Assembly: GCA_000092065.1 (NCBI GenBank)
Contig: CP000593.1
Origin: Ostreococcus lucimarinus
Taxonomy: Eukaryota
Length of the DNA stretch: 64,000 nucleotides
Reading direction: 5' to 3' (one strand)
Below are positions 1 to 9,136 of the stretch, piece by piece. The position numbers and the translations under genes were made by a program. The notes under the pieces were generated by a model. That model searched no databases, was not told the DNA's origin, and was given only the letters and a program-made list of their open reading frames with translations. Each line of letters begins with the position of its first letter. Position 1 is the first letter of the stretch.

Positions 1-1078
1 CCCACTTCTTTCGCAAATCGTCGTCGAGCGTGCGATACACGCCGTGATCAAGCAGCACAATGCCTCCCTTATCTGTAATCAAGATGTTCCCCGGGTGCGG
101 ATCAGCGTGCACGAATCCGTGCACAAAAGTCATTTGCGCGAATATTTTCTGTATTCTCGCCGCGACGTCGGCTAAATCGATCCCCTTGCCTTTGAGCGCC
201 TCGACGTCGTCTATTCTCACCCCGGGCACAAACTCCATCGTGAGCACTCGCTTACCGCTCAAATGTCTGTGCACGCGCGGTATCTTCAACTCACTCTCGT
301 CGAACTCATCCGCGAGCATCTTGCTCGCCTTGAGCGCGTTCGCTGCCTCGCGAGTAAAATCCATCTCCTCTCCCATGTGCCTTCGCGTCTCCTTTGCCAG
401 CCACCCAAATCGCAACGACGGCACGAGCCATTCCATGAGCGAGTAATACCCTTCTATCGTAAAAAGATCGCTCTCCAGGAACCTCGCCACCGGTCGCTGC
501 TGAATCTTCACCGCGACATCTTCCCCCCCGAACGTTTTCGCTCGATACACCTGCGCCAACGACGCCGACGCCACCGGCGTCTCGTCGAACTCCGCGAACG
601 CCTCTTCGATTTCCAACCCGGTTTCCTCCGCGAACGTCTTTCGATCCTCCTCAAACGGCCGTCGCGCCGCGTCGTCCATCAGCGCTCGCAGCACGATTTG
701 AAAAGGTTTCGGCGCGATCGGCTGCGCCGCCAGGTGTTGCCCAGCCTTGACGTATATCCCTCCCAGCGCCCGCGCGCACGCCAAAAATCGCTCGCTCACC
801 GCGCGCCACAAAATTTGTCTCGACGCCCGTCGCTCGTCCTCGCTCGCGCTCGCCCCGAGCGCGCGCACCCGCGCGCGGTGTTCGCGATAATCGATCGCGT
901 ACATCGGCACGAAGTGCGTCGACGCCACGGCGAAGCGCCGCGCGGACGTCACCGCGCGATCGACGTCGTCGACGAGGCGTCCCGGCGTCGGCGTCGACGT
1001 CGACGTCGCGACGTGCGCGAGCGCGGCGCCGCACGCGAGCGCGGGCGCGAGGGCGCGCAACGCCGGCGCGCGCGCCAT
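1..1078 (-). CDS. ABC1/UbiB-family atypical kinase (ADCK-like); C-terminal part lies beyond the window start
   Basis: Absent from the ORF track because it has no stop inside the window. Hand translation of the minus strand from ATG 1078-1076 (an in-frame TGA lies about 70 nt upstream) gives MARAPALRAL...GIYVKAGQHLAAQP...ASLAQVYRAKTFGGEDVAVKIQQRP...EMDFTREAANALK...RVLTMEFVPGVRIDD...FVHGFVHADPHPGNILITDKGGIVLLDHGVY. This is the ABC1 domain with its HADPHPGN signature. Confidence 0.85.
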   Translation of the reverse strand, partial: MARAPALRALAPALACGAALAHVATSTSTPTPGRLVDDVDRAVTSARRFAVASTHFVPMYAIDYREHRARVRALGASASEDERRASRQILWRAVSERFLACARALGGIYVKAGQHLAAQPIAPKPFQIVLRALMDDAARRPFEEDRKTFAEETGLEIEEAFAEFDETPVASASLAQVYRAKTFGGEDVAVKIQQRPVARFLESDLFTIEGYYSLMEWLVPSLRFGWLAKETRRHMGEEMDFTREAANALKASKMLADEFDESELKIPRVHRHLSGKRVLTMEFVPGVRIDDVEALKGKGIDLADVAARIQKIFAQMTFVHGFVHADPHPGNILITDKGGIVLLDHGVYRTLDDDLRKKW

Positions 1079-1168
1079 GCCGAGCGCGCCGCGTCGCGTC
1101 CGCGCGCGCGAGTGCGGTCCGACGGGCGGACGAGGCGACGACCGTCACGTCGCGACGCGTCGCGCGGG

Positions 1169-2224
1169 ATGCGAGGCCGCGCGCGCGCGGTCGCGGCGCG
1201 ATCGGCGCGTCTGATCGCGCGCGATGCGCGACGGCGCGCGGTCGTCTCGCGCGCGAGCGGTGATGGGCGCGAGGCGCTCGTGCCGCGCGCGCGCGAGGGA
1301 GCGACGGCGCTCGCGACGCTGAGCATGGCGAGCTACTGGCGCTTCGGACAGCGCGGATACTTCGACGCGGACGCGCGAGAGGCGGAGTTAGACTTCGCGA
1401 CGCCGCTTGGATTCGAACCGCTGATAGGAGACGGGCGAGCGCTGCGGCGAGCGACGCTGGAGGCGTTTCCAAAGCTGAAGCGACTGTCGTGGAACGACGG
1501 CGGCGAGGCGACGACGCGCGCGGGGGTGTTCGCGACGAGCGATGAGGAGTGGGTGGTGGTGGTTTTCAGAGGTACGACGCCGAGCCCGCTGAGAGGGTTG
1601 ATTCGAGAGTCGCAGATCAACGGTAGGGCGGGGCAGGTGAAGATGAAGGAAGGACGCGCGCACGCGGGATACGCGCGGGCGTACGAGGCGTTACGAGACG
1701 AGATCGAGACGACGGTGCGCGATGAACTAGAGCGTGGACGCGGAAAGAAAGTCGTCGTCACGGGACACTCGTTGGGGGGGGCGCTGACGACGCTGTGCGC
1801 GGCGTCATTGGCGGAGGCGCACGCCGACGTCGAGGTGGAGGCTGTGACATTCGGACAACCGCGCGTGGGCGACAAAGCCTTCGCGCGTTACCTCGATCAA
1901 GGGTTGACAAATTTGAATTACGCCCGCATCGTGCACGGCGGCGATTTATTCGCTCGCGTGCCAACGAGCGGTTATTGGTTGCCGTCCGCAAATGACGGGA
2001 AATTTGCCGTCGAGTACGCGCACGCGGGTTCGATGCTCTGGACGAATTCAAACTCAGGCGGCGGTCACACGTACGTCGCCAAGGGCGAAGAAGAACCCGA
2101 AGAGTTTTCTCGCGACGTGCGCATGCTGAATCCAATCACGGTGGCGAACCATCACAGCGGGTACGCGCGTTTCTTCGAGGACTCGACCATCGCCGACGCG
2201 TGGCCGAAGGCTGGTCTACTCTGA
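1169..2224 (+). CDS. class 3 (GxSxG) lipase / triacylglycerol-lipase-like protein
   Basis: Downstream third of ORF 263..2224. Conserved core: VVVVFRGT...KVVVTGHSLGGALTTLCA (nucleophile elbow)...VTFGQPRVGD...HHSGY. ATG 1169 is the first ATG that does not overlap the neighbouring ABC1 gene and opens an Arg/Ala-rich presequence-like 52 aa. The conservative alternative start is ATG 1325 (MASYWRF). Confidence 0.75.
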   Translation: MRGRARAVAARSARLIARDARRRAVVSRASGDGREALVPRAREGATALATLSMASYWRFGQRGYFDADAREAELDFATPLGFEPLIGDGRALRRATLEAFPKLKRLSWNDGGEATTRAGVFATSDEEWVVVVFRGTTPSPLRGLIRESQINGRAGQVKMKEGRAHAGYARAYEALRDEIETTVRDELERGRGKKVVVTGHSLGGALTTLCAASLAEAHADVEVEAVTFGQPRVGDKAFARYLDQGLTNLNYARIVHGGDLFARVPTSGYWLPSANDGKFAVEYAHAGSMLWTNSNSGGGHTYVAKGEEEPEEFSRDVRMLNPITVANHHSGYARFFEDSTIADAWPKAGLL

Positions 2225-2429
2225 GACGCGACATCTAGCGCGCTTGGAATCGCACAGTAGCGCATCGTTGTATTTCATTGTTGTATTTTATGAAATTTTA
2301 TGAATTGATCGCGCGATTCGCGCGCGCCTTCGCGCCGATCGTCCGCCCGCTCTTCGCCTTGCGCGCGCCTTCGCGTCTCGCGAGCGCGAGCTCGCTCGTT
2401 ATCCAAGCCTCACACACGCGCTCGACGCG

Positions 2430-3110
2430 ATGTCCGCGCGCTCTTTCGCGTCCACCGCGCGACCGCACGTCGCGGTGCGATCCAAAGCCCCGTCGCGCAC
2501 CGTCGCCGTTCGCCGCCTCGCCGCGATTCCGTGCACGGCGAGCGCGTCGTCGTCGTCCGAAGACGACGCGCGCCACGTCACCAAGCGTGGTCGTCGACCG
2601 CTCATCGTGCTCCCGCTCGCCGGCGCCGCGCTCGCGGCCTCCGCGCCGAGCGGCGACGCGAAGGCGAACGGTGAATTCGTCACCGACGCCCAGCTCGCCG
2701 TGCTCGAGCGACGGGGACCGATCGCGTTCACGGAGGATGAGTGGAAGAACAAGCTGGAACCGTTCTCGTACAAGGTGCTGCGGAAAGAGGCGACGGAGCG
2801 ACCGTTTTCGAGCGAGTTGAACTCGGAGAAACGAACTGGACGGTTCGTGTGCGCTGGGTGTGGAACGCCGCTGTTCGACTCGAAGGCGAAGTACGATTCG
2901 GGGACGGGTTGGCCGAGCTTTTACGAGCCGCTCGCGGGCGCGGTGATGGAGGTTCCGGATTACTCCATCATGTTCTTACCGCGCTCGGAGGTGCGATGCA
3001 CGGCGTGCCAAGGGCACCTTGGGCATGTGTTCGAAGATGGGCCGCCGCCAACGGGCTTGCGATACTGCATGAACGGTGCGGCGATGAAATTTGAGCCGGC
3101 GTCGGCGTAA
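2430..3110 (+). CDS. MSRB: methionine-R-sulfoxide reductase B (SelR/MsrB) with organellar-type presequence
   Basis: ATG verified at 2430. The C-terminal ~130 aa carry two CxxC pairs (CAGCGTPLF, CTACQGHLGHVF), GWPSF and the catalytic RYCMNG motif. The catalytic residue is Cys (TGC), not Sec. The N-terminal ~90 aa are Ser/Ala/Arg-rich. Confidence 0.9.
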   Translation: MSARSFASTARPHVAVRSKAPSRTVAVRRLAAIPCTASASSSSEDDARHVTKRGRRPLIVLPLAGAALAASAPSGDAKANGEFVTDAQLAVLERRGPIAFTEDEWKNKLEPFSYKVLRKEATERPFSSELNSEKRTGRFVCAGCGTPLFDSKAKYDSGTGWPSFYEPLAGAVMEVPDYSIMFLPRSEVRCTACQGHLGHVFEDGPPPTGLRYCMNGAAMKFEPASA

Positions 3111-3128
3111 AAAATATTGCACGATATG

Positions 3129-5726
3129 CTAGAAATTTGTAGTGTCGGAAACCGCACAGTTTTGTTCGTCGATCCACTTAAACCAACTTCGCCACATCTC
3201 ATTGTTTGACAAAGTTTTGCGATTTCCGAGGACGATCAATCCACGTTTCGCTCGCGTGATTCCCACGTTGAGCCGGCGCGGGTCGGCGACGAAGCCGATG
3301 TCTCCAGACGGGTTGCTTCGCACGGTGCACAAAACGATCACTTCCTTTTCTCTGCCTTGGAATCCATCAACGGAACGTATTTCGAGCTCCTCTATTTTAT
3401 CCTCTTCGGTGTAGTCCAAGTAATTTCGTTTCGGACTTCCTCCTACGCCGTATTCTTCTTGCAACCGTCGAACTTGCGCGGCGTACGGCGAGATGACGCC
3501 GATGTCCCCGGGTCCCGCTAAATCGCCCGCCGCGAGAAGTTTTCTCACCACACCGATGGCCATCTTCGCTTCTCCGACGTTATACAGACTGTTTCCATCG
3601 GGTGCTCGCGATTCAGGGGCGGAGATTTCTACGAAGGCTACTGGAACGTTCGGCGACGGCCAAGCGATACCCGGCACCAACGGACGATCTTGCGGCGTCG
3701 GTACCGATCCTACTTTCCCTTTGTAAAACGCCAGAGACGGAAATTCGGCGATTTGCGGATGCATGCGGTACTGCATGTCTAGCAAAGACACCTTCACCCC
3801 GAGCCTCTCCATGCGCTCAAAGATTGAAACTTGTAAGCCAGCGTCGACGGCGTCACGAGACACCACCGTGGGAGGCAATTGCTTGGAATCACCCACGAGC
3901 ACGGCGCTCAAGGCTTTCGTGAGAGAGATTAACGCTCCTGGTTCGGTGCATTGTGTCGCCTCATCCACGACAGCCACTGGGAACGTGAAGTCCTCCAGTA
4001 ACTCGTCGCCTGCGCCGACGCATGTGGTGCACACGACATCCACAGACTTTAATATGCTCTTCGCAGCCGTCAGTTCCAACTGCGTCGCTTGCTTGCGCTG
4101 GCGAGCAAACGCTGGACCAGATTGTCCTCGGATAGCTTCACGCATGGCCGCCGCTTGACGCCCGAGAGGGTGCAACGCGATTTGAGCATCCAGCGTGAGT
4201 TGCTGAAGCCAAGGTTGCACCTTTGCGGGCGCTCCCACGCGCACGACTCGCAGCGGTCGTCCATCGACGATGAAAGATTCTTTTGCCAGTCCTTCGAGGA
4301 TATTATCCACGGCTACGTTCGACGCAGCGGAAGCGAGAACGATCGGACCCCTTCCTCGCCTCTTTTGGATGGACGCCAGGTGTACGGCAGCACCGATGTA
4401 CGCTATGAGCGTGCGAGTCTTACCCGTACCGGGCGGACCTTGCCAAACCGCGAGCGAAGAGCTTAGCGCGCTTTTCACGGCGACGCGCTGGCTTGGGTTC
4501 AACGGCTCTCGCACTTCCTTCAACGCCATCGCGAGTTGCGGCTTTTGCGCCTTGCCCGCCCAATGCGGCGGCGTCGCCGCCAATTCCTCCAGCGTTCCGT
4601 TTTCATCGGGCACGCCGAGCAAGGCGCGCTGCAAAGTTGCGTACGCCGTGGAAGAACTGTTCTTATCGCTCGCGCGCGTGGACATGGAAGACGCGCCGGA
4701 CATGCCTCCCGGTTCAGAAAATGCGACGAGCGCCGCGAGCGAGCGATCGTGGGCCACCGTGTTCGCGCTCAAATCCACCCTCCATCTCGAGCCTTCGGAC
4801 ACGAGTCGAGAGAGATCATCCTCGTGAATGGCGACGGTGATGAAAAACATCGACCTCAGCGCGACGACGCCCGTGATTCCACCCGCGGCTTCGTGGTCGT
4901 CGCCTTCGCTGAGCTGTACCATGTCTCCAGTCGTGAAGCGATGATACGGCAACTCTTGTCCGAGCGGATTCGCCTCGCTCGCGTCCTTGTAAGGAATCGT
5001 CAAACGCACGAGCGAATCTCGCTGAAGCGTTCCTTCGTACTTCGCGCGCACGCCTAAAATCGCGTATCCCTCCGCGACGAGCCGCTCTCGCGGCCACGTG
5101 TTCAATCGCTCCTCCGCGAGCGCCATCTCTTCCTCGAGCTCGCACTTCAAACCTTTCGCAAACCTCTCCCTGTGCGCGGCGTACCCCAATCGCAGCGCCG
5201 CTCGATTACTCCCTCTCGATCTCGACGACGACGACGCGGACGAAGACGCGTTCCTCGCGTCTCCGTCGAGCAAGTGCGCGTACCGCGCGCCCCCGCTCTC
5301 GCCGCCCGTCGCCCCCAACCGCGCCCACATCTTTTCCCGTTCCTCCGCCGCCTTCCTCGGATCTCTCGCCCCCGCCTTACTGTACCCGATCGTCTTCTCC
5401 GCCCTCTCCGGCGTCGCCGTCAAGTCCCTCACCCTCGTCCGTCGCCGCGCCGGCGCCGCGCGCGTCCCCTCTCCTCCCCTCGTCGTCGCGTCGCCGCGTC
5501 CCGTTCCCTCCACCTTTCGTCGCGCGCGCGCCGCCCGACGTCGCTCGCCCCTCGCGCTCGCGCTCTCCGTCCTCGTCGCCTCCGTCCCGTCGTCGCCATC
5601 GCGCGCGTCGTCGCCCGTCCGTCGTCGTCGTCCCGTCGCCGCGACGCGACCGCCCCGTCCCTTCCCGCGCGCCGTCGTCGTCGCGACGCCGCGACGCGCG
5701 CCATCGCGCGACGCCGCGACGCGCAT
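3129..5726 (-). CDS. UPF1-like superfamily-1 helicase (DNA2/NAM7 family, IGHMBP2/SMUBP-2-like)
   Basis: ATG verified at 5726-5724. Motifs: Walker A GPPGTGKT, motif II VVDEATQ, SVDGFQGREKEVIVLCTVRSN, RRLNVGITRAKRG. The region upstream of the helicase core (LVAEGYAILGV...FTTGDMVQL...GVVA) resembles the IGHMBP2 barrel domain. The first ~190 aa are low complexity, so the true start may be internal. Confidence 0.8.
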   Translation of the reverse strand: MRVAASRDGARRGVATTTARGKGRGGRVAATGRRRRTGDDARDGDDGTEATRTESASARGERRRAARARRKVEGTGRGDATTRGGEGTRAAPARRRTRVRDLTATPERAEKTIGYSKAGARDPRKAAEEREKMWARLGATGGESGGARYAHLLDGDARNASSSASSSSRSRGSNRAALRLGYAAHRERFAKGLKCELEEEMALAEERLNTWPRERLVAEGYAILGVRAKYEGTLQRDSLVRLTIPYKDASEANPLGQELPYHRFTTGDMVQLSEGDDHEAAGGITGVVALRSMFFITVAIHEDDLSRLVSEGSRWRVDLSANTVAHDRSLAALVAFSEPGGMSGASSMSTRASDKNSSSTAYATLQRALLGVPDENGTLEELAATPPHWAGKAQKPQLAMALKEVREPLNPSQRVAVKSALSSSLAVWQGPPGTGKTRTLIAYIGAAVHLASIQKRRGRGPIVLASAASNVAVDNILEGLAKESFIVDGRPLRVVRVGAPAKVQPWLQQLTLDAQIALHPLGRQAAAMREAIRGQSGPAFARQRKQATQLELTAAKSILKSVDVVCTTCVGAGDELLEDFTFPVAVVDEATQCTEPGALISLTKALSAVLVGDSKQLPPTVVSRDAVDAGLQVSIFERMERLGVKVSLLDMQYRMHPQIAEFPSLAFYKGKVGSVPTPQDRPLVPGIAWPSPNVPVAFVEISAPESRAPDGNSLYNVGEAKMAIGVVRKLLAAGDLAGPGDIGVISPYAAQVRRLQEEYGVGGSPKRNYLDYTEEDKIEELEIRSVDGFQGREKEVIVLCTVRSNPSGDIGFVADPRRLNVGITRAKRGLIVLGNRKTLSNNEMWRSWFKWIDEQNCAVSDTTNF

Positions 5727-5968
5727 GTCGGCTTGTTCGCTTCGTTCGCGCGTCGCGTCGCGCGCTCGCGCCGACGCGTCTCGCCGCGCGCGTCGACGCG
5801 CCGAGCTGTCGCCGGCGGATTCGAATCGGATTTGAATCCGTGTTGTGAACGAGTCTCGAATGCGTGACGGTCCGTGTGTGAGAACACCGACACGAAACCG
5901 AACCGACGGCGACCCGCGCGACGGCGACGGAGCGCGACGCGCGAGCGACGGCGACGGCGCGACGCGCG

Positions 5969-7066
5969 ATGATGCTGACCGCGACGACGACGACGACGAC
6001 GACGACGGTGCGGTGCGCGCGCGCGAGACGGACGCCGACGACGACGGGCGCGGGACGGGGACGCGCGCGGTTGACCTCGCGCGCGCGCGCGACGGGACGC
6101 GCGACGCGCGCGCTGGGACGCGAAACGACGCGCGAGCGCGCGAGCGGGACGCGGGATGGACGCGACGCGGCGCGGAGAGGCGCGAACGGGCGCGCGAGGG
6201 CGACGAGGGATGGGATGGAGGGCGACGCGCGCGAGGACGACGCGCGCGAGGGTCTCGCGCGCGAGGACGCGCGGGAAAAACGCGGTCGGGCGCTCGGGGC
6301 GTGCGCGATGGTGGCGTGCGCGGTGGCGGTGACGGCGATGGTGATGCCGGAGAGCGCGCTCGCGGCGAAAGCGGCGGCGGTGGCGTCGTCGAGCGAGGGC
6401 TTGTTGGCCAAGGCGTTGTCGTGGGTGATGCACTTGGACAAACACCTCGCCGAGTTGTTCGTGAGTCAGGGGATGTTTGCGTACGGGATCTTGTTCGCGA
6501 TCATCTTCGCCGAGACTGGGTTCGTGGTGACGCCGTTCTTGCCGGGGGACTCTCTGCTGTTCGCCACCGGCGCGCTCGGCGCGCTGGGCGTGGTGAACTT
6601 TCCGTTGACGTGCGCTCTGCTCTTCGCCGCGGCGACGCTCGGGGACACGGTGAACTACTCCATCGGCTCTTACGTCGGTGCGAATTTCATGGAGACGCAT
6701 CCGAAAATCTTTCCTCCTGAATATATCGCGAAAACACGAAAGTTTTACGATCAGTACGGTGGTAAGACGGTGGTCCTCGCGCGCTTCTTCGTAATCGTGC
6801 GCACGTTTGCGCCGTTCGTCGCCGGCGTGGCAAACATGAACTATTCCAAGTTCATCACGTACAACGTTGTGGGTGCCGCGTTATGGATCGCGAGTTTCAT
6901 GGGACTGGGTTACTTTTTCGGCGCCATTCCCGCGGTGCAGGAGAACTTTGCCCTCGCCGTTGCCGGCATCGTCGTTCTCTCGCTCGTGCCCGTCATCGTA
7001 GAAATTATTCAACACGCCACGGGCAGTAAAGGGGACGAGAGCGAGACCGCCCCGGCCGCGACGTAA
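5969..7066 (+). CDS. DedA/VTT-domain (SNARE-associated, TVP38-like) membrane protein with presequence
   Basis: ATG verified at 5969. Conserved block: YGILFAIIFAETGFVVTPFLPGDSLLFATGAL...GDTVNYSIGSYVG...YGGKTVVLARFFVIVRTFAPFVAGVANM, plus C-terminal TM helices. The N-terminus is MMLTA(T)8VR, followed by about 130 aa rich in Arg/Ala/Asp. Confidence 0.8.
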   Translation: MMLTATTTTTTTTVRCARARRTPTTTGAGRGRARLTSRARATGRATRALGRETTRERASGTRDGRDAARRGANGRARATRDGMEGDAREDDAREGLAREDAREKRGRALGACAMVACAVAVTAMVMPESALAAKAAAVASSSEGLLAKALSWVMHLDKHLAELFVSQGMFAYGILFAIIFAETGFVVTPFLPGDSLLFATGALGALGVVNFPLTCALLFAAATLGDTVNYSIGSYVGANFMETHPKIFPPEYIAKTRKFYDQYGGKTVVLARFFVIVRTFAPFVAGVANMNYSKFITYNVVGAALWIASFMGLGYFFGAIPAVQENFALAVAGIVVLSLVPVIVEIIQHATGSKGDESETAPAAT

Positions 7067-7160
7067 ATCTCTTACAACATTCGTTCAATTTCGTGCGTTG
7101 CTTTTCAATATCCATTTTTCAATAGTTTTCGCTCGGCGCCGCACAACGCCGCTCTCGACG

Positions 7161-7877
7161 ATGGCGTCTCTCGCGCGCGTAACCCCTCTCCTCCCATCGC
7201 TCTCGCGAGCGCACGCCCGTCGACGCGCGTCGACGATTAGAGCATCCTCGAGCGGCCCGAACGAAGGGCAGAGTGGGTACCTTCCCGGAACGATGGCGTC
7301 GGCGGAAGAGATTCTCATGCAAGTCATCGACCGAAGAGAGTTCAAGCCCACGAGCGAAGAGTGCCCGTTCTGTCGCGAAGCGCGCGTGAAAGAGAACGGG
7401 TCGAAGTGCTTGGGGATCTGTCGAAACCCGCAAAACGTGCCGGGGCCTCTGGTGTACCCGCACGCGATGCAAACGTGGGAAGACGCGGTTGATTGTATAT
7501 TGTGGGCGATGAGAGACATATCGACGCCGCGAACCGACCACGGCGTTCAAGTGATGTGGGAGTACGCCGTGGAGCACGGAAATATGGAACGCTCGCGATT
7601 CTTTGGGTTTTCGAGTGATATGTATCACTTTGACCATTTCATCGGCAAGGCTTTGAACACTTACGACGCCTTCGTGAGGAACACTGGGCACGAAATCACG
7701 CAAGTGTCGACTATGGAAGACGGCCGAACAAGAGTTGATGTTCGAGTGAAGGATAGGGTAGGAGAGGAGACCGAATGGATTTTCATCATGGTGCGTAGGA
7801 CGTTTGGGAAATACGAGGGCTGCATCCAGGCTCATCGGATCGTGCGCGCGGATTTTCCGCACCTCGGCGATATTTAG
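7161..7877 (+). CDS. conserved hypothetical protein (Cys-rich segment plus possible NTF2-like/DUF4864-like domain)
   Basis: ORF 7098..7877 begins at TTG; the first ATG is 7161 (MASLARVTPLL, presequence-like). Amino-acid composition is balanced. Features: CPFCREARVKENGSKCLGIC, then ...VQVMWEYAVEHGNMERSRFFGFSSDMYHFDHFIGKALNTYDAFV...WIFIMVRRTFGKYEGC. The family assignment is from memory only. Confidence 0.55.
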   Translation: MASLARVTPLLPSLSRAHARRRASTIRASSSGPNEGQSGYLPGTMASAEEILMQVIDRREFKPTSEECPFCREARVKENGSKCLGICRNPQNVPGPLVYPHAMQTWEDAVDCILWAMRDISTPRTDHGVQVMWEYAVEHGNMERSRFFGFSSDMYHFDHFIGKALNTYDAFVRNTGHEITQVSTMEDGRTRVDVRVKDRVGEETEWIFIMVRRTFGKYEGCIQAHRIVRADFPHLGDI

Positions 7878-7898
7878 GCCTTGTCATATCATAATCCT

Positions 7899-8954
7899 CT
7901 AGACATTCTCTACTTCGCGCGGCATCTCGCTCATTTCCTCGCTTCTATCTAAATCTACTTCCCTAAAGGCTCCTGGATCGCGATGCGTCGGCTGGAACGA
8001 TTTGCTTATCGCGGTGAGAAGAGGCGTGCCTTTCGGCGCGTACGTCCAACCGCTCTTCCACGCCAACAAGCACAAAATCCCAAGCGAAAACACCTGCACG
8101 AACTGATAAAACGTCGGCACGCCGCTCGCGACGCCGACGACGTTACACGCCGATCCTGCGCTCGATGCGCACGACGGATCGTCCTCAAATGAGCTTAAAA
8201 TCACCGCCAACGAGATGGCGGTGTTCTGATAGCACACCTCGATGGCCACCGCCAGGGCTTGAGGCATATCCAACCGAGTCAATTTGGCGAATCCCAAACT
8301 AACCACTAATCCAGCGACGCAGGGCACGATGAGGGCGACGTAGAACTTCCATTCGCGATCCCAAATCGGCGCCGAAGAATTTGACGAAAAGAAGAACCCC
8401 AAGAGCACAAGCAAGACGCCGCACACGTTGCCCACAAAGTTGAGAGGCGCGCGCGCTTTCGGCGCTCGCCGACCGACAAACAACCCCAACACGATCCCGC
8501 TAATCACCATCGAGATCGACAGAAACAGTCCCCCCCATTTCATCCGCACATTCGTTCCGTTAGGATACGCTCCCTCGGTGTACATGTACAGATTCAGCGG
8601 TAAAAATCCCACCGATAAAATCGAACTCACCGTCGTCATCGCCACGCTCAGCGACAGGTCCGCGTTGAACAGTGACGTCCACCAATTACTGTACGAACCC
8701 CCAGGCGAGCTCGTGGTGATAATGAGCGGTATTCCCAGCGCCGGTTGATCCCACAGCAGCGTCCGCGCCATCGTAAACCCAAACAGCGGTAAGAAGACGA
8801 ACTGCGAAAACACGCCTATGACCAAACCTCGGCTCCTCAACGACTTTTTAAACGCCTCGAATTCCACCGTCACCGCTAATCCGAGCACCAGCGCGAATAA
8901 CAGCACGTTACCCACGATCGCGGCCCACGACCCGAGCCCACCGCTCACCGCCAT
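7899..8954 (-). CDS. sodium/bile-acid symporter family (SBF/BASS, SLC10-like) transporter
   Basis: ATG verified at 8954-8952. It has about 9-10 hydrophobic segments. ITTSSPGGSYSNWWT matches the (C/S)PGGxxSN signature region of the family. Confidence 0.8.
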   Translation of the reverse strand: MAVSGGLGSWAAIVGNVLLFALVLGLAVTVEFEAFKKSLRSRGLVIGVFSQFVFLPLFGFTMARTLLWDQPALGIPLIITTSSPGGSYSNWWTSLFNADLSLSVAMTTVSSILSVGFLPLNLYMYTEGAYPNGTNVRMKWGGLFLSISMVISGIVLGLFVGRRAPKARAPLNFVGNVCGVLLVLLGFFFSSNSSAPIWDREWKFYVALIVPCVAGLVVSLGFAKLTRLDMPQALAVAIEVCYQNTAISLAVILSSFEDDPSCASSAGSACNVVGVASGVPTFYQFVQVFSLGILCLLAWKSGWTYAPKGTPLLTAISKSFQPTHRDPGAFREVDLDRSEEMSEMPREVENV

Positions 8955-9100
8955 GACGTCTCGAACGTTCGATCAAACGCGCAGTCAATCGGCCGGAGAC
9001 GACGCTCGCATCTCCGCTCGAGGTCTTCGCCCGCGTCGCGTCGACGCGCGCGCGTTTTCGTCGATCGATCCGCCGTCCGACGAAAGATACAGCGCGCGCG

Positions 9101-9136
9101 CGTCGCTCGCGTCGCTCGCGTCGCTCGCGTCGCTCG
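9101..9136. repeat. 9-bp tandem repeat cgtcgctcg x4
   Basis: Counted directly. It lies in the divergent spacer between the BASS-like gene and ORF 9294. Confidence 0.9.

Noticed and set aside
263-1168. The upstream part of the 653-aa ORF 263..2224, plus ORFs 651..1472(-) and 949..1326(-).
   Set aside because: They are Arg/Pro/Ser-rich low complexity and lie antisense to, or overlap, the homology-supported ABC1 kinase gene on the minus strand. Only the lipase domain downstream is credible.
5098-6720. Long ORFs 5098..5835(+), 5172..5867(+), 5377..6441(-), 5429..6700(-) and 5845..6720(+).
   Set aside because: They are extreme Arg/Ala/Asp/Ser low complexity generated by CG-rich repeats around the helicase/DedA divergent promoter. 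They overlap homology-supported genes and show no recognisable domains.
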